Shown here in pieces: positions 19,406 to 29,067 of a stretch of DNA of 64,000 bases. This DNA is from Candidatus Latescibacterota bacterium. GTDB taxonomy: Bacteria > Latescibacterota > UBA2968 > UBA8231. A model generated the notes under the pieces. That model did no database searches. It was not told the origin of the DNA and saw only the letters and a program-made list of their open reading frames with translations. The first letter of the stretch is position 1, and the number at the start of each line of letters is the position of its first letter. A program made the translations under genes and the position numbers. The stretch spans positions 7,008,001 to 7,072,000 of the forward strand of contig OZ244561.1 in assembly GCA_965217585.1 (NCBI GenBank), read 5' to 3'.

Positions 19406-20665
19406 ATGAGTAATGCATTCAGAAAATTCCACATCGCGCTGCTGGCGGCTCTGGTGGCAGCGTGCGGCGGCGACGATGAACCGCTCGGCTTTGAGGCGGG
19501 GCCGCTCGGCTCAGTTGAGGTCGGCGCGGGCGAGACCGTGCAGATCCGCTCGTTGCTCTCGATCACTGGCGCGGCGTCGCTGGGTGGGGCGTTGCGCTAC
19601 GGCGTCGAGTTGGCCGTGCGCGACTTCGGCGACATCCACGGCCGCGCAGTCGAACTCGGCGAGTCTATGGACAGCATGTGCTCGCCGGAGGGCGGACGCG
19701 CAGGTGCCGAGCAGATCAGCGCTGACCCGCAGGTACTCGGCGTCATTGGCACGTCGTGCTCGGCCGCGGCCGTGGAGGCCTCACCGCTGATCAGCGAGGC
19801 GGGGCTGGTGATGATTTCGCCGTCCAACACATCGCCGTTGCTCACATCCGACCTCGCCGGCAACGCCAATCCCAACTACCACCCCGGCTATTTCCGCACC
19901 TCTAACAACGACCTCTATCAGGCGAACGCGGTCGCCGATTATGCCTACGGTGAATTGGGTCTGCGGCGCATGGTGGCTGTTGACGACGGCGACCCATACA
20001 CGACAGCCCTCGTCAGCGCGTTTGGCAATGCGTTCGGCGCACGCGGCGGCGAGGTCGCGGTCACTGCCCGCATCGACAAGGGCGATACGGACATGACGCC
20101 CGTCCTCGCAGAATTCGCCGCCGCCGAGCCGGACGGCATCTTCTTCCCGCTCTTCGAGGTGGAAGGCTCGCTCTTCGCCGAGCAGGCGCTGGCGTTCGAG
20201 GGACTGGAAGACGCAACGCTAATCACGGGTGCAGCTCTCCTCGTGTCCGAATTCCTCGCCACGCCGCAGTCGGAGGGCATGTACTTCGCCGGGCCGGAGT
20301 CGGACCACGGCGCGAACGTCAATGCTGCGACCGGCAAGAACGCGGACGAAGTGCTCGCCGCGTATGAAGCCACGTACGGTGGGTCGCCTACTTCTCCGTA
20401 CTGGGCGCACGCGTACGACGCCACGACGGTGCTGCTGAGAGCCATTAAATCCGTTGCGGTAGAGCAAGGCGGCAAATTGTACCTAGACCGCGCCGCGCTG
20501 CGCGAGGAGATCGCGGCGACGGACGGCTTTCAGGGGATTATCGGCGCGATCTCCTGCGACGATTTCGGCGACTGCGGCACCGGACGCATCAACATCTACC
20601 ACCACACGGACACGAGCATCACGGACACCGCGCAGTTGCCGGTAGTGTACCAGTTCGCGCCGTGA
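19406..20665 (+). CDS. Branched-chain amino acid ABC-type substrate-binding lipoprotein (copy 2)
   Basis: AGGAGG RBS; lipobox VAAC; same LivJ-like motifs as copy 1. Confidence 0.88.
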   Translation: MSNAFRKFHIALLAALVAACGGDDEPLGFEAGPLGSVEVGAGETVQIRSLLSITGAASLGGALRYGVELAVRDFGDIHGRAVELGESMDSMCSPEGGRAGAEQISADPQVLGVIGTSCSAAAVEASPLISEAGLVMISPSNTSPLLTSDLAGNANPNYHPGYFRTSNNDLYQANAVADYAYGELGLRRMVAVDDGDPYTTALVSAFGNAFGARGGEVAVTARIDKGDTDMTPVLAEFAAAEPDGIFFPLFEVEGSLFAEQALAFEGLEDATLITGAALLVSEFLATPQSEGMYFAGPESDHGANVNAATGKNADEVLAAYEATYGGSPTSPYWAHAYDATTVLLRAIKSVAVEQGGKLYLDRAALREEIAATDGFQGIIGAISCDDFGDCGTGRINIYHHTDTSITDTAQLPVVYQFAP

Positions 20666-20689
20666 GCCCGACGGAAAGCAGAGTCCCTT

Positions 20690-21396
20690 TTGACCGCAGC
20701 CCGCGCAAACGAAAATATCCGTTACGAACCAGACGAGCACTGTCCCCTATTTGTGGCCATAGGGGTAGGAGTCCAGGGTATCATAATAGGGCTGGCACCG
20801 ACGGTGTTGATCGTGGCCATCACCGCCATAGCGGCTGGCCAAGACGAACGCTACCTGTCGTGGGCCGTCTTCGCGGCGCTGATAATCAGCGGGGTGGGTA
20901 CTGCACTACAAGCGGCCAAGATCGGGCGGCTAGTCAGTGGCCACGTGCTCATTATGGGAGCCACGCCCAACTTCATCGCGGTCTCGGTTCTAGCCATCGA
21001 GGAGGGCGGGTCAGCCATATTGGCAAGCCTCATCGTCCTTTCGTCGCTCTTTTACCTAGCCTTGGCGGCGTGGCTGCCGTTGCTGCGCCGCATCATTACG
21101 CCAGTTGTCTCCGGCACGGTACTCATGCTGATTGCGGCGATGATCCTGCCCATCTCTTTCGATCGGTTGCAAGAAGTGCCCGAGGGAGCCTCACTGGCGG
21201 CGGGTCCGTGCGTGACTGCGGTGACGCTAGTTGCAGCCACGATATTGATGCTGCGCGGTCCCCGAGCTTGGCGGCCGTGGTCGCTGCTGCTAGGAATCGC
21301 CGCGGGCTGCGTGGCCGTGGTGCCGTTCGGACTGTACGACTTTGAGCACTTGACCGCCGCTTCTTGGGTTGGAATCCCCGACAGTGGATTCTCTGG
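20690..21396 (+). pseudogene. Xanthine/uracil (NCS2) permease, 5' part only, truncated by an IS
   Basis: IRYEPDE..GVQ, SGVGTALQ, LRRIITPVVSGTVLMLI NCS2 motifs. Homology stops at WVGIPDSGFSG where the IS inverted repeat begins, and the 3' half is not found beyond the IS. Confidence 0.8.
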
Positions 21397-22034
21397 AACT
21401 AATGGTGCTAGTGTTCTACCGGCTGAACTCCGCGATAGACACTTTGACGAACCCGTTTTCGTCGGGTTGCAATCCATGCCACTGGACCAGCCGGTTAAAC
21501 GTCGCTACCACCAAGCTAAGATGGGCGTTAAAATAGGCCCAAGCCCGGTGGGTGTGGTGCTTGAACCGACTAATCCGTGTTAACATGGAAAAGACCGTCT
21601 CAAGGCCCATCCGTTCGCCCCCCGTTTTGGGCGCACAGACTTTCAGGTTGGTCGGATCGCCGGCTTGGGCATGAAAGCCTTGGTCGCTCCATACGATCAT
21701 CTGGTCTTCGACGCGGCGAATCATCGGCTGCAAAACCGAATCGTGCCCATTGGCCGTGTCCCAATCCCAATCGACGATCAGCCCCCATTGATTGACGATC
21801 AAGCACCGTTTGCCGCCGCCTTTGAGCGCATACAAAACGCCCAGCGTCACCACTTCGCTGGGATATAAGGCGGCTTGAGGATGTTTGGGCACGGAGTGCA
21901 TTTGATTGTCGATACGATAGAAAAGGGCTATGATAAACTCGGCCGTGGTCATGGGAGCGCTCCTACGCTGAAGGGGTGGAAACCTCAGCCTAAGAACGGC
22001 CTAGACCACGGTCAACTCACTAGCACCAGTGGTT
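21397..22034 (-). mobile_element. IS982-like insertion sequence with internal deletion (transposase remnant 21416..21952)
   Basis: Terminal inverted repeats AACTAATGGTGCTAGTG (21397-21413) and CACTAGCACCAGTGGTT (22018-22034), 15/17 match. ORF has PSEVVTLG, ANGHD, SDQGF and RMGLETVFSML (DDE-like) motifs but is only 178 aa. No clear target-site duplication. Confidence 0.75.
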
Positions 22035-22048
22035 CTGCAGAACTTTGC

Positions 22049-22078
22049 TTGACAATTCACAAATTTTTTTCATATAAT
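22049..22078 (+). promoter_or_regulatory. Sigma70-type promoter
   Basis: TTGACA (22049-22054), 18-nt spacer, TATAAT (22073-22078), upstream of GGAGG RBS and ATG 22133. Confidence 0.75.
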
Positions 22079-22132
22079 ATTTTATATATCCCGAGAGAAG
22101 AGAACCGCAATAACCTTCAAGGAGGTGGAATC

Positions 22133-24055
22133 ATGAGAGTGATCAAGGCGGGATTGGCAGCCTTGACGACAGTATTTTTGGGTGTCGGCTCTACCTATGG
22201 TCAAGCCGGTAACCCGGATTATCACTTCGTCCGGAGCGAGCCTCTGCAGATCATGCACATCGATCTGGGAGATGTGAACTACAATTTCGAGGGTGAGGCC
22301 ACCATCGGCTTCACCCTGCGGGACAGCCGGGCCCATATCTGGTTGGTGATCTACACCAAGGACCAGCCGACGCCGGAGGGCTTCGGTGGCCCCAAATCGC
22401 CTATCGCGCCCAACGGTGCGCTGTGGCGCCAGGCAGGAATTCCCAATATGGTGACCGTGGTGGACAAGGGCCAATTTGAAGAGGGCTCGCATACCATCAC
22501 TTGGGATGGGATGGATTTTGAGGGCAATAAAGTAGAGTCTGGCAATTACACCCTCTACGTGATCGGCCTGAACGACCAGGACGACGCCAACCTGGTGGGC
22601 GTCGCGGGTTGGAACGGGTTTACGAATGGGTTTATGGATGTCTTAGTGGATTCTGAGGGGCAGGGGTGGATCATCAGCAATGCCCGCGAGCTGCCGGGTG
22701 CGAGCTTTAACAATCATTACATCATGTATAAGATCGGGGAGCACAACTGGCTGGAGGATCCCACTGGCTACAACCTCATTTTCGTCCCGAACGCCACGAG
22801 CTCCTGGACCACGGCCATAAACCCGGATAACATTTTCGAGATGTGGGGCGCCAGCGTCTACGATAATCCTGAGGCGGCCAATACGACCGAGGGGATGATA
22901 GGAGAAAGCCAGCAGGGACTGTCCGCCTGGATCATAGCCGAAGACTTTTCGCAGGGTGACCCGCGGCCGGGCTTCGGGGATGAGAACGGCCAGGTTAACG
23001 TCGTTCCCACCGGCAACACGAATAAGTACGCGGGTATGAGCTACAACAACGGGCGCTTGTATGCGACTCGGGGGAAGTGGCAAGCCGATCCGCCGCTCGC
23101 CGAGATCCTCGTCTTGGATGCCCAGACCGGCGAGCTGGTAGAGCTCATAGACGTGAGCGAGTGGTGGCTGGATACCGGTATCGACCCCGAGAGCGGTGAT
23201 GAGACCACCCTAACCGTGGGGCCGAATAACCTCTTCGCGAACGACACGGGGCTCTACATGACCTCGGGCGGGTTCGGAAGATCAGGGGTTACTGCTTCTT
23301 TCGGCCGGTTTATGCTTACTGACTTCGACGCCAACCCCATCTGGGTCAACGGCAATGGGGACGACATCGGAGACGTCATTGCCCCAGAAGTAGCCGAGGC
23401 GCTGGGCATGACTGCCCGGATCAATGAGGCCAGTACGATCCAGGCGACCAGCGCCGGATTCGTCGCGATCTCCGAGGAGGGTATAGGGGAGGAGCAGTTG
23501 CACTACGGGGCGATTGTCGGTCCGGACGGCGCCGGGCTCTTCCACATAGATATCGCCAAAGCTCCGCAGAGTCCGGGTCCGTGGAGCTCGGGGATCGATA
23601 TCATCCACGAGGGTTCGGACTACGACGGTATTTATTATACTACCTTTGACTCTACCTTCTTTCATGAGCACGCGATCTGGAATGAGATCGCCCACGCGCC
23701 CTTCCGGATTGCCCAGGCGGTCATCGGCACGAGCGTGGAGACGGTAGTGGAAGAGATGGATGGCGCACCCACGCCAGAACAATACGCTCTGAGCGATGCT
23801 TACCCCAACCCGTTCAACCCTGAGACCACCATCGAGTTTGCTCTTCCGCAGGAAGGTCCTGCGCTGATGATGGTCTACAACATCCAGGGGCAGAAGGTGA
23901 AGTCCCTGGTCAACGAGGTGCTTCCGGCTGGTCAGTATCGAGCCGTTTGGGACGGGACCGATACCTCTGGTCGGGCCGTGTCCAGCGGGGTCTATCTCTA
24001 CAGGCTGCGCAGTGGAAGCTTTGTGGAGACCAAGAGGATGAGCTTGATTAAGTAG
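22133..24055 (+). CDS. Secreted protein with N-terminal FlgD-like Ig domain, central propeller-like region and T9SS type-A-like C-terminal domain
   Basis: Signal peptide; GSHTITWDGMDFEGNKVESGNYTLYV; C-terminus YALSDAYPNPFNPETTIEF..WDGTD..SSGVYLYRL..TKRMSLIK. The ORF-track extension to 21875 lies inside the IS. Confidence 0.85.
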   Translation: MRVIKAGLAALTTVFLGVGSTYGQAGNPDYHFVRSEPLQIMHIDLGDVNYNFEGEATIGFTLRDSRAHIWLVIYTKDQPTPEGFGGPKSPIAPNGALWRQAGIPNMVTVVDKGQFEEGSHTITWDGMDFEGNKVESGNYTLYVIGLNDQDDANLVGVAGWNGFTNGFMDVLVDSEGQGWIISNARELPGASFNNHYIMYKIGEHNWLEDPTGYNLIFVPNATSSWTTAINPDNIFEMWGASVYDNPEAANTTEGMIGESQQGLSAWIIAEDFSQGDPRPGFGDENGQVNVVPTGNTNKYAGMSYNNGRLYATRGKWQADPPLAEILVLDAQTGELVELIDVSEWWLDTGIDPESGDETTLTVGPNNLFANDTGLYMTSGGFGRSGVTASFGRFMLTDFDANPIWVNGNGDDIGDVIAPEVAEALGMTARINEASTIQATSAGFVAISEEGIGEEQLHYGAIVGPDGAGLFHIDIAKAPQSPGPWSSGIDIIHEGSDYDGIYYTTFDSTFFHEHAIWNEIAHAPFRIAQAVIGTSVETVVEEMDGAPTPEQYALSDAYPNPFNPETTIEFALPQEGPALMMVYNIQGQKVKSLVNEVLPAGQYRAVWDGTDTSGRAVSSGVYLYRLRSGSFVETKRMSLIK

Positions 24056-24062
24056 GAGGGAA

Positions 24063-24112
24063 CAGGGGCAGATAGGGCGGAGCAATCCTCCATGTCTGCC
24101 CCTGAACTTTTT
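24063..24112 (+). terminator. Rho-independent terminator or stabilising hairpin
   Basis: CAGGGGCAGATA..GGA-GCAA-TCC..TGTCTGCCCCTG stem with a GNRA loop, followed by AACTTTTT. Confidence 0.65.
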
Positions 24113-24262
24113 GGCAAAAGAGAGAGCGCGGAGGGATTTTACTGTGTCGCGAGGCAGCCTCTCATCCATTCAGACAGCTGAATTTTCCGGAACCTATCGC
24201 AATCAGTCTGTGAGGTATTGACCGCCACAAAACCGCATGGTGCCCTCGAGGAGACGGCCCTC

Positions 24263-26308
24263 ATGATGCGATCTGCATGCAGCACCCTCGCCTTTGCCTG
24301 GGTGCTGCTTTTCTTTTTGGTCTTTGCCGCAGCAACGGCGACAGCCTGGGAGCAAAGGTCGTGGAGTCGGACAATCCACTATCACAGCACCTTCGAAGCG
24401 GATGCGGAAGGAGAAGGCCTCGTCCGGATCACCGCGGTGGACAGTTACCAGCTCTTTTTCAACGGCACCCCGATCGGTTCCGACGACGACTGGACGACCG
24501 TGGAGGCCTACCCGGTGCAGGTCAAGAGAGCGAACGAAATCCTGGTAGCTGTGACCCACAGCGGGACCGTGGACGGGAGCGGGCTCATCGTCGAGGTAGA
24601 GGTAGGCAATTTCAGGAGTTTCACGCGCCCGGGCAACCAGACGGATGCGTGGAGATGGTCGAGCGACGATCCAGAGGAGGTGGACTGGGATAAGGCACCT
24701 CTGGTCCAGAACGGCATCCTGGATATGAGAAAAATCCGGGATTTAGGCAACCTGAACCTCCTGGCCCTACCTGTGGCCGGCTTCCCCGGCGAGGTGGCGC
24801 TGGGAGACCCGCAGGAGGGGATCGTTCTGAGTCGGATCCGCGGCCGGAATCTGGCCCTGGACAAGCCCTCCAACCACACCGAAGCCAACGATGGCGTGCT
24901 CACCAGCCTCTGGAATGCCGGGGTGAACAGCCTCAACAAGTTTGTCAGCATCGACCTGCGGGACATCCGGCGGGTCAGCAGCGTGCGGGTGATTACCGGA
25001 GCGCCTAGGGGGAAAGAGACCTACCAGAACAACGCGCTCCGGGGCTATTCAATACAGGTGAGCGATGACCAGTTCCGCTGGTCAGAGGTAGGGGTGCTCC
25101 ACAACATCACCGACTACGAGGAGACCACCCTCCAGTTCCAGCCGGTCCTGACCCGCTACGTCCGGCTTGTCATCGCCGAGATCGACGGCATCAGCGCCCC
25201 GAAGGTGGCCGAAATCGAGGCCTACGGTCAGGGCTACAGTCCCAGAGGGATGTTTGTCTCTGATCCGCTGGATCTGGGGCAGGACGGGCCCAAGAACATC
25301 GGACAGATCACCTGGGAGGCAGAGATCCCTGAAAAGACGGCGCTCACTCTGCAGTTCCGGACCAGCGATGACGGGTCCACGTGGAGCGCGTGGACCCGGG
25401 AGTACGACGCGAGCGGCATCTTGATCGAAGCGCCGGAGCCGGCCCGCTTCCTCCAGTACCGCGTGCATCTCTCCACCCGGCAAGAAGAGATCACCCCTCG
25501 ATTCCGCGGGATTACAGTGGACTTTTCCACAGACGATATCCCCGCTGCAGCGGCCCGGGGCTACATCTCCCCGACCGCGGTAGAGATGGGAAAGGAGACG
25601 GCGTTTACCTATGCGCTCGATCTGGACATTGCTCCCCAGAACACCGGGGTGGAGCGGGTGATTCTCCAGGTCCCAGGGCCGGCGGTTCTGGACGAGACCA
25701 CGCCTGTGGAGGGGGCGGGCGGCTCTGCGGTGAATCTGGACCAGGTGGCCATGACCTCCAGAGGATGGGAGATCCCCTTTGATCCACCCCTCGAACAGGA
25801 TGCGCAACTGATTCTCCACTTCCGCACCACTCAGTACGCTATCTCTCACGAATTCCGGACGCACCTCCTCGGCCCTGACTCGGACAACCCCTTGAACGTG
25901 GTGGAGAACACCGAGGGCGGGGCCTCCTGGCGGACCACGGCGGCCCAGGTGCTGGACGAGGTCCTCCTGGAGGTGGGCGCTTCCCCTCCTGTGTTCACCC
26001 CCAATGGGGATAGTCGCAACGACTTTACGATCATCGAGTTCACCCTGGCCAAGGTGGCAGATGTACAGGTCGCCATCGCCATCTTCAGACTGGACGGGTC
26101 CCTGGTCAGGACCCTGCATGCGGAACGTCTCTCAGCAGGAAGCTATACCCGCTTCTCGAATGCCTCCCAGCCGGCTGGGAGTCCAGGTTATTGGGAGGGG
26201 AGGGATGAGCATAGGAACTTCGTGCCTCCGGGGATCTATATCTATCAGGTGAAAGTGCGGTCCGACGAGAAGAGGCAGCGCATAGGGAGTGTAGGGGTCG
26301 TCTATTAG
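24263..26308 (+). CDS. Secreted discoidin-domain protein with FlgD/type-B-like C-terminal domain (paralog D)
   Basis: GAGGAG RBS; signal peptide; NLALDKP..ANDG..VSIDL..YSIQVSDD..TRYVRL F5/8 motif; PPVFTPNGDSRND..WEGRD..PPGIYIYQV..VGVVY. Confidence 0.82.
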   Translation: MMRSACSTLAFAWVLLFFLVFAAATATAWEQRSWSRTIHYHSTFEADAEGEGLVRITAVDSYQLFFNGTPIGSDDDWTTVEAYPVQVKRANEILVAVTHSGTVDGSGLIVEVEVGNFRSFTRPGNQTDAWRWSSDDPEEVDWDKAPLVQNGILDMRKIRDLGNLNLLALPVAGFPGEVALGDPQEGIVLSRIRGRNLALDKPSNHTEANDGVLTSLWNAGVNSLNKFVSIDLRDIRRVSSVRVITGAPRGKETYQNNALRGYSIQVSDDQFRWSEVGVLHNITDYEETTLQFQPVLTRYVRLVIAEIDGISAPKVAEIEAYGQGYSPRGMFVSDPLDLGQDGPKNIGQITWEAEIPEKTALTLQFRTSDDGSTWSAWTREYDASGILIEAPEPARFLQYRVHLSTRQEEITPRFRGITVDFSTDDIPAAAARGYISPTAVEMGKETAFTYALDLDIAPQNTGVERVILQVPGPAVLDETTPVEGAGGSAVNLDQVAMTSRGWEIPFDPPLEQDAQLILHFRTTQYAISHEFRTHLLGPDSDNPLNVVENTEGGASWRTTAAQVLDEVLLEVGASPPVFTPNGDSRNDFTIIEFTLAKVADVQVAIAIFRLDGSLVRTLHAERLSAGSYTRFSNASQPAGSPGYWEGRDEHRNFVPPGIYIYQVKVRSDEKRQRIGSVGVVY

Positions 26309-26390
26309 GATGTCCGTCTTGCTGGAAACTGCACAGTGGATCGCGAGGAAATCTGGAAGTTCGAAAAACCCCGGGTTATTACCTAGGACT

Positions 26391-29063
26391 ATGGGGGCGA
26401 ACGCGGTAAAACTGAGACGGCCCTGGATCGCTGTGGTCTGCCTCATTCTGGCCTTTGCCCCGGCAGCTTTCGGCCAGTTTATTTCCCGGGACTACTATCC
26501 GCTCTGGGGGGAGGACTACGAGAACTACGGCTCCATAGGGTACCGGGATGCCCTGCAGCCGATCATGGCCGCGGGGGGCCGGCCAGGGGCGGCGTCATGG
26601 GTGCGGCCGGCTTGGGTGAGAGGCTTCGGCGTGGAGCTGGAGCGGCGCCAGTACGATCCCTTCGGCCATTACTTAGTGGATGGGCTGGATATCTTCCGCC
26701 TCGAGGAGTTCCGCACCATCGCCCCCAATAAAGGGAGCATTGTTTTCAAGAGCGCACTCTACGCGAATATCTTCCAGAACCTGGTCATTGCCAGCGACCA
26801 GGTCTCGGGGTTGGCCAGTCGGATCATCATCGGCGACGCAATCCGGACCAAGTTCACTCCCCTGACCCTGGATCTGACCCGCCTGAACGGGGTGCGGTGG
26901 GATGCGGCGACCCGCAAAAACCGCTTCACCGTTTTAGGCTCCCGAATTTCCAACCCGGGCAGAATAGGGTTTGAGGATGCCCGGGAGTTTGCGACCTACC
27001 TGTACGGCGGGCGCTGGGAGAATACGCTCGGAGATATCCTCACCTTGGGGATCTCGTACGTCACCCTGTTCCGCACCGACACCCTGCTACGCGGCAATCA
27101 CATCCAGCGCGGCGTGGTGCCCACCGATCTGGGAGGGGTGCAGGATCTCTATGTCATTTTCAGCGATGATTCTCCAGAGGACGGCGCGGGTGCCGAGGTC
27201 CACCAGATGGAGATCTACATCAATGGGGAGAAGGCCGCTATCCAGCCCGAGATCGCGCTCTTGCCCCAGGTGGACATGTCCATCAAGTTCTCTCCGAATG
27301 TCCAGGATAAGAGACCGCTCCCCCCAGAGTATCTCTCCTACTTTAGAGCCGATGGTCCGTGGCTCCGCCAGGTCATCAACTACAACACGTCCGTAGCTCC
27401 CCTCAGGCGGCTCCAGCAACTGCTGGACAAAAACGGCGTTTTGGTCTTCTTCAATGGGGGTAGACCCCTTGAGGCCAACGCTACAGATGTGCTGGTCTTC
27501 AAGTACGCCATTCCTTCCGCGGCCCGCTCTGTCCGCTTCCGTGCCCTGGTGGCCAACGATTACTCGATCGATGTGGGAACCACGCTGAAAAACTGGGACG
27601 ACTGGCACAATGTGAAGCGGGCCCGGAACCAGGAGAGAAGCCGCTCAAACCTGGGATGGGTGAGCTTCGAATACGGCTTCCCCTCGGGCCTGGTGACCTA
27701 TGGCATGGATGTCGATCTGCGCGTTCTCGGTGCCCACATCCGGGCGGAGGTCGACGACAACATCAGCTATTACGCCTATCCGGGCACCGGCGGGGACCGA
27801 CAGCGCCGCCAGGTCCGCCCCTATTTCATCCATTTCTTCCGCCCTTTTGACCGTCTGGACGTGGGGGCCGAAGTCTTCGATATGCCGGCCTCCTACACCA
27901 CCTCCTTTCCGACCATCGAGCCGCTCGCGGCCGCGCAACCCGTGGGCTTCACCTCGCTGGTCGAGGACAACGACGACCGCGATGAGTGGGCCGACGCCGT
28001 AGATCAGGATGGGGTCTTCCCCGGACTGGACGAAGACAGGGACGGAGTCATCGACACAAACGTCAATCGCAATGGGAGCCCGGACTACCTGGAGCCATTC
28101 CTGATGTATTATGTAGATCCGGACGATTTTGTCTACGGCGATGACTTCAACAACAACGGCGTTGTAGACGCCCGCGAGGACGACAACCGGCCGGACTACC
28201 CCTACAACCTGGACCGACGGGGACTCCATCTATTCTCCAATCTGTGGCTCGCGCCCAACCTCAGGAATACCATCGGCAGGTACCAGGTGCGGCGGCCCGC
28301 AGGCGGTGGTCGCAACCGGGTAATCTACGACGAGTTGGCCTACACCGCGGCCTGGCAGGACCTGGGAGAACTGAAGTTCAACTACCTGCTCAAACGGGTG
28401 CGCGACGACATCCCGGACGATGTGCGGGGCGGCTTTCTCACCACCACCGGCTTCGTCTCCGAGGGTGCCATCCGTCCGGACCTCCGCGCCCTGCGCAACA
28501 GCCTGGTCCACCTCCTCTACTTAGAGACACAGTATACCGGCATCCCCGGCCTGAATGTGGTGAACAAGCTGCGCTACGAGATCAATGACCAGCGCGCAGA
28601 CGAATTTGCCGACGGGACCTTTCAGGAGAAGGCCCGGCAGCGGGACTGGGCCGTGGTGTCCAGGGCCGACTATAGCTGGAGGCGGGGAGATCTCACCCTC
28701 ACCCCCATGGTGAAACTGCGGCTTCAGAAGAAGATCCGGCCCTCATCCGGCCGCGACCCGTTTCTCTACACCCGCCATCTGATCCCCATCCTGCGGCTGG
28801 ACTATGCCTTCGGCCGCACCACGGTCCTGCGGGTGGGGTTCCAGGGGTTTCCGTTGAAGGAACAGTTCCGCAACAAAGCCTGGCCCTTCAACCGCTACGA
28901 CGCCACCGGCCAGGTCGTGGCGTTCCAGAACAGGGGAAACTACTCCGGATTCGATCTGAGTCTGAACATGGGGTGGGTGCGCACGCAGCGGGAGTTCAGG
29001 AGCGAGCACAGCAGCCGGTCGGGCTCCAACAGCGAGTTGTTCATCCAGGTGTTCATGGAATAA
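26391..29063 (+). CDS. Putative outer-membrane beta-barrel protein with Asp/Asn-rich insert (family member 2)
   Basis: Signal peptide ending AAFG-Q (alternative in-frame ATG at 26310); EDNDDRDEWAD..GVFPGLDEDRDG..PDYLEPFLMYYVDPDDFVYGDDFNNNG. Confidence 0.75.
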   Translation: MGANAVKLRRPWIAVVCLILAFAPAAFGQFISRDYYPLWGEDYENYGSIGYRDALQPIMAAGGRPGAASWVRPAWVRGFGVELERRQYDPFGHYLVDGLDIFRLEEFRTIAPNKGSIVFKSALYANIFQNLVIASDQVSGLASRIIIGDAIRTKFTPLTLDLTRLNGVRWDAATRKNRFTVLGSRISNPGRIGFEDAREFATYLYGGRWENTLGDILTLGISYVTLFRTDTLLRGNHIQRGVVPTDLGGVQDLYVIFSDDSPEDGAGAEVHQMEIYINGEKAAIQPEIALLPQVDMSIKFSPNVQDKRPLPPEYLSYFRADGPWLRQVINYNTSVAPLRRLQQLLDKNGVLVFFNGGRPLEANATDVLVFKYAIPSAARSVRFRALVANDYSIDVGTTLKNWDDWHNVKRARNQERSRSNLGWVSFEYGFPSGLVTYGMDVDLRVLGAHIRAEVDDNISYYAYPGTGGDRQRRQVRPYFIHFFRPFDRLDVGAEVFDMPASYTTSFPTIEPLAAAQPVGFTSLVEDNDDRDEWADAVDQDGVFPGLDEDRDGVIDTNVNRNGSPDYLEPFLMYYVDPDDFVYGDDFNNNGVVDAREDDNRPDYPYNLDRRGLHLFSNLWLAPNLRNTIGRYQVRRPAGGGRNRVIYDELAYTAAWQDLGELKFNYLLKRVRDDIPDDVRGGFLTTTGFVSEGAIRPDLRALRNSLVHLLYLETQYTGIPGLNVVNKLRYEINDQRADEFADGTFQEKARQRDWAVVSRADYSWRRGDLTLTPMVKLRLQKKIRPSSGRDPFLYTRHLIPILRLDYAFGRTTVLRVGFQGFPLKEQFRNKAWPFNRYDATGQVVAFQNRGNYSGFDLSLNMGWVRTQREFRSEHSSRSGSNSELFIQVFME

Positions 29064-29067
29064 AGCG

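Noticed and set aside
21875-22132. N-terminal extension of ORF 21875..24055
   Set aside because: It lies within the IS and promoter region; the real start is ATG 22133, with RBS and signal peptide.
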